Assembly: GCA_039190385.1 (NCBI GenBank)
Contig: JBCCYD010000001.1
Coordinates: 1 to 43,844, forward strand
Source of the DNA: Cyanobacteria bacterium P01_F01_bin.143
GTDB lineage: Bacteria; Cyanobacteriota; Cyanobacteriia; Cyanobacteriales; Xenococcaceae
DNA length: 43,844 nucleotides
Direction: 5' to 3'
Shown in pieces: positions 39,673 to 43,844 of this stretch (position 1 is the first letter of the stretch; every line of letters starts with the position of its first letter). A program made the translations under genes and the position numbers. Under the pieces are notes generated by a model. That model searched no databases and was not told the DNA's origin. It saw nothing but the letters and a program-made list of their open reading frames with translations.

Positions 39673-42240
39673 ATGACATCTTCCCAGGAACGGATTATTC
39701 CTACGGATCTGAGTAACGAAATGTCTCGCTCTTACCTTGAATATGCAATGAGTGTCATTGTGGGGCGAGCTTTACCTGATGCGAGGGATGGTTTGAAACC
39801 AGTCCATCGTCGTATTCTCTACGCTATGTATGAGTTGGGACTGACTCCAGAACGTCCGTTTCGTAAATGTGCCAGAGTTGTGGGGGAAGTTTTGGGTAAA
39901 TATCATCCCCACGGTGATACCGCGGTATATGATGCTTTGGTGCGGATGGCTCAGGATTTCTCGATGCGCAGCCCTCTGATCAACGGCCATGGTAATTTTG
40001 GCTCGATTGATAACGATCCTCCCGCAGCCATGCGTTACACCGAATGTCGCCTACAATCTTTGGCGACGAATGCTTTATTACGAGATATTGAATCGGAAAC
40101 AGTTGATTTTGCAGATAATTTTGATGGTTCTCAACAAGAACCTGTCGTTTTACCAGCGAGAATTCCTCAACTATTATTGAATGGCTCTTCGGGAATTGCT
40201 GTGGGAATGGCGACAAATATTCCACCCCATAATTTGGGAGAGTTAATTGACGGTGCGATCGCGTTAATTCAAAATCCAGAAATTACCGAACTGGAATTGA
40301 TGCAACATATTCCTGGCCCCGATTTCCCCACAGGAGGACAAATCATCGGGCGCTCAGGAATTAAAGATGCCTATACAACAGGCCGTGGTTCGGTTACGAT
40401 GCGGGGTGTAGCAGATATTGAAACAATTCATCCTAGGGGTCGGCAGGAAAAAGAAGCAATTATAATAACTCAATTACCCTATCAAACTAATAAGGCTTCT
40501 CTCATTGAGAAAATAGCTGATTTAGTTAATGATAAGCGTATTGATGGGATTTCTGATATTCGAGATGAAAGCGATCGCAATGGCATGCGTATCGTAATCG
40601 AATTAAAACGAGATGCCTATCCTCGGGTAGTTCTCAACAATCTTTTCAAACAAACCCCTCTACAATGCAACTTTGGGGCGAATATGTTGGCTTTAGTAGG
40701 TGGAGAACCCCAACTACTATCGATCAAGAAATTCTTAGAAGTTTTTGTGCAATTCCGCATCGAAACTATTACCCGACGCACCCAATATCTACTGCGCAAG
40801 GCTGAAGAAAGAGATCATCTCCTACAGGGTTTACTGATTGCCTTGGGAAGTATTGATCAAGTAATTGAATTAATTCGTCATGCAGCCGATACTGCTATGG
40901 CAAAAGAAGAATTGATGGCGCAATTAGAATTATCTGTAGTTCAAGCAGATGCGATTTTACAAATGCAACTGCGTCGCTTAACCGCTCTCGAAGCGGAGAA
41001 AATTCAGGGTGAACATGAAGATTTGCAATTACAAATCACCGATTTTAAAGATATCCTCGCTAAACGAGAACGCATTGAAGCGATCATCATCGAAGAAGTA
41101 ACCAATATCAAAAACGTTCATGCTACTCCTCGCCGTACCGAAATTATCCAAGGAGAAGGGGAATTACTTGATATTGACCTCATTGCCAACGAACAAGCTG
41201 TTATTCTTCTAACTGAGCATGGTTACGTGAAAAGAATGCCTGTTAGTACTTTCGATGCCCAAAATCGGGCGACTAGAGGCAAAGCTGGAGCCAAAATCAA
41301 GGATGATGATGCGATCGAGCATTTTATTACCTGTTGCGATCATAATACTTTACTGTTTTTCAGCGATCGCGGAGTAGTCTATTCGCTCCCGGCTTATCAG
41401 ATCCCAACAGCATCTCGAACTTCTCGGGGCACACCGCTCTTGCAAATGTTACCAATTTCCCAGGAAGAGAAAATTACTTCTGTTGTCTCCGTAGTCGAGT
41501 TTACCGAAGAGGAATATCTGGTAATGTTAACTCGCAAGGGCAATATTAAGAAAACTGCCCTCTCAGCCTTTAAATCTATTCGCTCTAATGGTTTGATTGC
41601 AATTTCCCTCGAAGAAGGTGACCAACTCAGATGGGTCAGACTTGCTAAACCAGAAGATAGCATTATCATTGGCACTCGCAATGGCATGGCAATCCATTTT
41701 AAAGTGGATCATCAGCAATTACGTCCTTTGGGTAGAGCAACCAAAGGGGTCAAATCCATGAAGCTCAAAGGAGATGATGAGCTAATTAGCATGGATATTT
41801 TACCTTCTCAGATAGTAGCCAGTATTGATACCAATCAGGATGATGAGGATGATGAGACAGAAGAAGTCGTTTCTAGTGAAGCCAACTTAGGACCTTGGTT
41901 ACTGGCGATCACCACCAATGGTTACGGCAAAAGGGTTTCTGTTTCTAAATTCCGGCTGCAAAATCGTGCGGGAATGGGAGTTCGTGCCATTAAGTTTAAA
42001 TCGGTTAGCGATCGCTTAGCCGCAATCCACGTGGTTAACCCCGCCGATGAGTTTATGATTGTTACCAATCGAGGAATTATAATCCGTCAGGTCGTAGATG
42101 CCATTTCTTTGCAATCTCGCAGTGCCACAGGAGTTCGGGTTCAAAGACTCGATAATGATGATGCGATCGCTGCTGTAGCTTTAGTTCCTCCTGCGGCCGA
42201 TGAAGAAGAGACTGAGGGGGAAGGAGACGGAACTGAATAA
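39673..42240 (+). CDS. gyrA: DNA gyrase subunit A
   Basis: [29 protein letters not shown], GyrA-box-like QNRATRG, beta-pinwheel repeats, acidic tail. ATG 39673 preferred. Confidence 0.96.
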   Translation: MTSSQERIIPTDLSNEMSRSYLEYAMSVIVGRALPDARDGLKPVHRRILYAMYELGLTPERPFRKCARVVGEVLGKYHPHGDTAVYDALVRMAQDFSMRSPLINGHGNFGSIDNDPPAAMRYTECRLQSLATNALLRDIESETVDFADNFDGSQQEPVVLPARIPQLLLNGSSGIAVGMATNIPPHNLGELIDGAIALIQNPEITELELMQHIPGPDFPTGGQIIGRSGIKDAYTTGRGSVTMRGVADIETIHPRGRQEKEAIIITQLPYQTNKASLIEKIADLVNDKRIDGISDIRDESDRNGMRIVIELKRDAYPRVVLNNLFKQTPLQCNFGANMLALVGGEPQLLSIKKFLEVFVQFRIETITRRTQYLLRKAEERDHLLQGLLIALGSIDQVIELIRHAADTAMAKEELMAQLELSVVQADAILQMQLRRLTALEAEKIQGEHEDLQLQITDFKDILAKRERIEAIIIEEVTNIKNVHATPRRTEIIQGEGELLDIDLIANEQAVILLTEHGYVKRMPVSTFDAQNRATRGKAGAKIKDDDAIEHFITCCDHNTLLFFSDRGVVYSLPAYQIPTASRTSRGTPLLQMLPISQEEKITSVVSVVEFTEEEYLVMLTRKGNIKKTALSAFKSIRSNGLIAISLEEGDQLRWVRLAKPEDSIIIGTRNGMAIHFKVDHQQLRPLGRATKGVKSMKLKGDDELISMDILPSQIVASIDTNQDDEDDETEEVVSSEANLGPWLLAITTNGYGKRVSVSKFRLQNRAGMGVRAIKFKSVSDRLAAIHVVNPADEFMIVTNRGIIIRQVVDAISLQSRSATGVRVQRLDNDDAIAAVALVPPAADEEETEGEGDGTE

Positions 42241-42242
42241 TA

Positions 42243-42277
42243 TTGCTAATTGCTAATGGCTAATAGCTAATTGTTAA
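42243..42277 (+). repeat. Heptamer tandem repeat (TTGCTAA)x5, STRR-type
   Basis: TTGCTAA TTGCTAA TGGCTAA TAGCTAA TTGTTAA. Confidence 0.85.
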
Positions 42278-42299
42278 TTGTTTTTAATTAATCTGTTTC

Positions 42300-42338
42300 A
42301 AACTGTAAGCTAATACTTGATAGCTTACAGTTTTTCTT
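42300..42338 (+). terminator. Intrinsic terminator between gyrA and the HDAC gene (probably bidirectional)
   Basis: AAACTGTAAGCTA-N8-TAGCTTACAGTTT followed by TTCTT. Confidence 0.8.
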
Positions 42339-42342
42339 GGTG

Positions 42343-43251
42343 TCAAGCGATTAGCTTAGCTAAGGTTGCGACGACAGAATCAGCTAAGGCTTGTAAATGA
42401 TAGCCACCTTCGAGACCGAAAACAATATTACGAGTAATGTTACTTAAACATTGCGTAAAAAAACCATAATCATCAGGTTGCAAAGAAATACTCGCCAAAG
42501 GATCTTGATGATTGGCATCATAACCAGCACTAACTATCAATAAATCTGGTTGAAAATTTTCGATAAACGGAATTACTGTTTGCTCAAAGACTGGTTGGTA
42601 ATCATCCATCGTACAACCAGGAGCCATCGGTAAATTTAATATATTATTATAATTACCTACCTCGCTACTATAACCTGTTCCCGGATAACAGGGATGTTGG
42701 TGCAGAGAACAATAAGCTAACTGAGGATTATCTTTAACAATATCTTCTGTTCCATTACCGTGATGAACATCCCAATCAACGATCGCCACTCGTTCAATTC
42801 CTGGTTTACTTAAAGCATAATTCGCCGCGATCGCAGCGTTAGAAAACAAACAAAATCCCATTGCCTGGTCTCTAGTGGCATGATGACCAGGAGGACGAGC
42901 TAGCACAAAAGCAGGATTGCCTGTCTCTAAAATAAGATCAACTCCATCTAGCCAAGCATTGACCGCCAGCAAAGCGATCGCATAACTATTGGGAGATACT
43001 GGGGTATCCGCGGTTAAATAGCCTCCTCCTGTTGCAGTAATCTCCCGAATCCTCGCAATATGTTCGCTCGTGTGGATCTGTTGAATATACTTAAGAGGGT
43101 CTCTTTTGCTTGGTAAGCGCCAACTTAGTTGAGATTTCCAGTCAACCTGAGATAATGCCTTTACGATAGCTCTTAAACGTTCGGGAGATTCAGGATGAGA
43201 CCGCCCTGTTTTATGCTGTAGAAAATCTTCGGAGTAGATAATATGTAACAT
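42343..43251 (-). CDS. Histone deacetylase family (Zn-dependent) protein
   Basis: HPESPERL, RPPGHHA, GFCLFSN, DWDVHHGNGT, SAGYDA, LEGGY. Confidence 0.95.
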   Translation of the reverse strand: MLHIIYSEDFLQHKTGRSHPESPERLRAIVKALSQVDWKSQLSWRLPSKRDPLKYIQQIHTSEHIARIREITATGGGYLTADTPVSPNSYAIALLAVNAWLDGVDLILETGNPAFVLARPPGHHATRDQAMGFCLFSNAAIAANYALSKPGIERVAIVDWDVHHGNGTEDIVKDNPQLAYCSLHQHPCYPGTGYSSEVGNYNNILNLPMAPGCTMDDYQPVFEQTVIPFIENFQPDLLIVSAGYDANHQDPLASISLQPDDYGFFTQCLSNITRNIVFGLEGGYHLQALADSVVATLAKLIA

Positions 43252-43292
43252 AGCAAATAACTTCTTATCGGTTTCTTTACTTAAAGAAGTTT

Positions 43293-43330
43293 AAATGAGA
43301 AAGCAGTAGACTAAAGGAAATCCACTGCTT
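43293..43330 (-). terminator. Probable terminator downstream of the small ORF
   Basis: Minus strand AAGCAGTGGA-loop-TCTACTGCTT then TCTCATTT; the G-U pair works only on the minus strand. Confidence 0.6.
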
Positions 43331-43380
43331 AAAATCTCGAATATACTCAGTATTCTAATATACTATGTTTCTCTATGTTT

Positions 43381-43518
43381 CTATTTATTGTTGATGGACA
43401 CAGAAGATGAACTATCTTCTTGAGGATGTCTTTCAGCTAATTTTAATACACCATAGATTGCGGTTAGATAGGCTGCCGCTAGAAACAAAATAAACAATGG
43501 TAGGTCTCCGTATTGCAT
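43381..43518 (-). CDS. Small single-TM protein (45 aa)
   Basis: MQYGDLPLFILFLAAAYLTAIYGVLKLAERHPQEDSSSSVSINNK from ATG 43518, followed by a terminator. Confidence 0.55.
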   Translation of the reverse strand: MQYGDLPLFILFLAAAYLTAIYGVLKLAERHPQEDSSSSVSINNK

Positions 43519-43844
43519 GGGTTGGGAAGTAAAAATTAAGTTTTCAAAAAAAGTATGATACAAAACGTACCAAGAATAGTATTTTGCTATCCAAGTCAAG
43601 CCGGGCAGAGACCAATGAAATCAGCCACAGCAAAATAGGACGTTACAAATCACATTCAATTCAACTCGGCAGTAAGGTAGAATATATTCTATTCACCTCG
43701 CCCCACACCTTATCTGATTTGAGATTCCTCAGAGACTAGCAGATAGCTCCAGACTCTGGGATAAAAGAAGATACCCGCCCTTAATGAATATAGGTTCAAG
43801 TCCTTACTTAAGAACCATGTAGTGCAATCTTATTATCCAAAATG

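Larger units (their letters stand above)
2711..42981. repeat. HIP1 octamer GCGATCGC, dispersed
   Basis: About 45-50 exact copies counted by eye (e.g. 2711, 4079, 14282, 25691, 29881, 42008), roughly 1 per kb, far above chance for AT-rich DNA. Confidence 0.95.

Noticed and set aside
39895-39935. Thr at the GyrA Ser83-equivalent position as a quinolone-resistance allele
   Set aside because: HGDTAVYD is a common wild-type sequence in many bacteria.
1275-41687. Many 60-96 aa ORFs antisense to or nested in long genes (e.g. 1275-1514, 7235-7492, 11758-12033, 22138-22410, 41397-41687)
   Set aside because: They are shadows of well-supported genes, with no motifs or RBS of their own.
43788-43808. 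GGTTCAAGTCC resembling a tRNA T-loop
   Set aside because: The T-stem pairs for only 3 bp and no acceptor, D or anticodon arm could be built.

Overview
AT-rich cyanobacterial chromosome segment, judged from about 45-50 HIP1 sites (GCGATCGC, counted by eye) and cyanobacterial marker genes (cugP, pmgA, ftn2/zipN, fused panC-cmk, hemJ). Most of the window is housekeeping: pdxH, scpA, cugP, a PPTase, prfB with its programmed +1 frameshift, acpP-fabF-tkt, hemJ, wzm/wzt, panC-cmk, a cysteine desulfurase, ftn2, gyrA and an HDAC. There is no CRISPR array, rRNA, tRNA, transposase or prophage. I found no large new multi-gene system. The best leads are: (1) a probable 6S RNA missed by the ORF track, with an unusual ~110-nt insertion in its terminal loop; (2) a frameshifted TPR gene carrying a G/N/Q-rich motif resembling NLR-associated amyloid signalling motifs, but with no NTPase between motif and TPRs; (3) a membrane-anchored Hanks-type pseudokinase with an array of E-x-T-x-I-I (FHA-docking-like) motifs; (4) a HIP1-free tandem pair of leaderless beta-propeller/CBM6 proteins that differ by modular cassettes and share a duplicated upstream region; (5) a solitary CrfC/YjdA-like dynamin; (6) a 45-aa membrane peptide behind a ~300-nt leader. 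There are also two MITE-like elements and several small palindromic and heptamer repeats. All family assignments come from motif recognition by eye; no database search was run.
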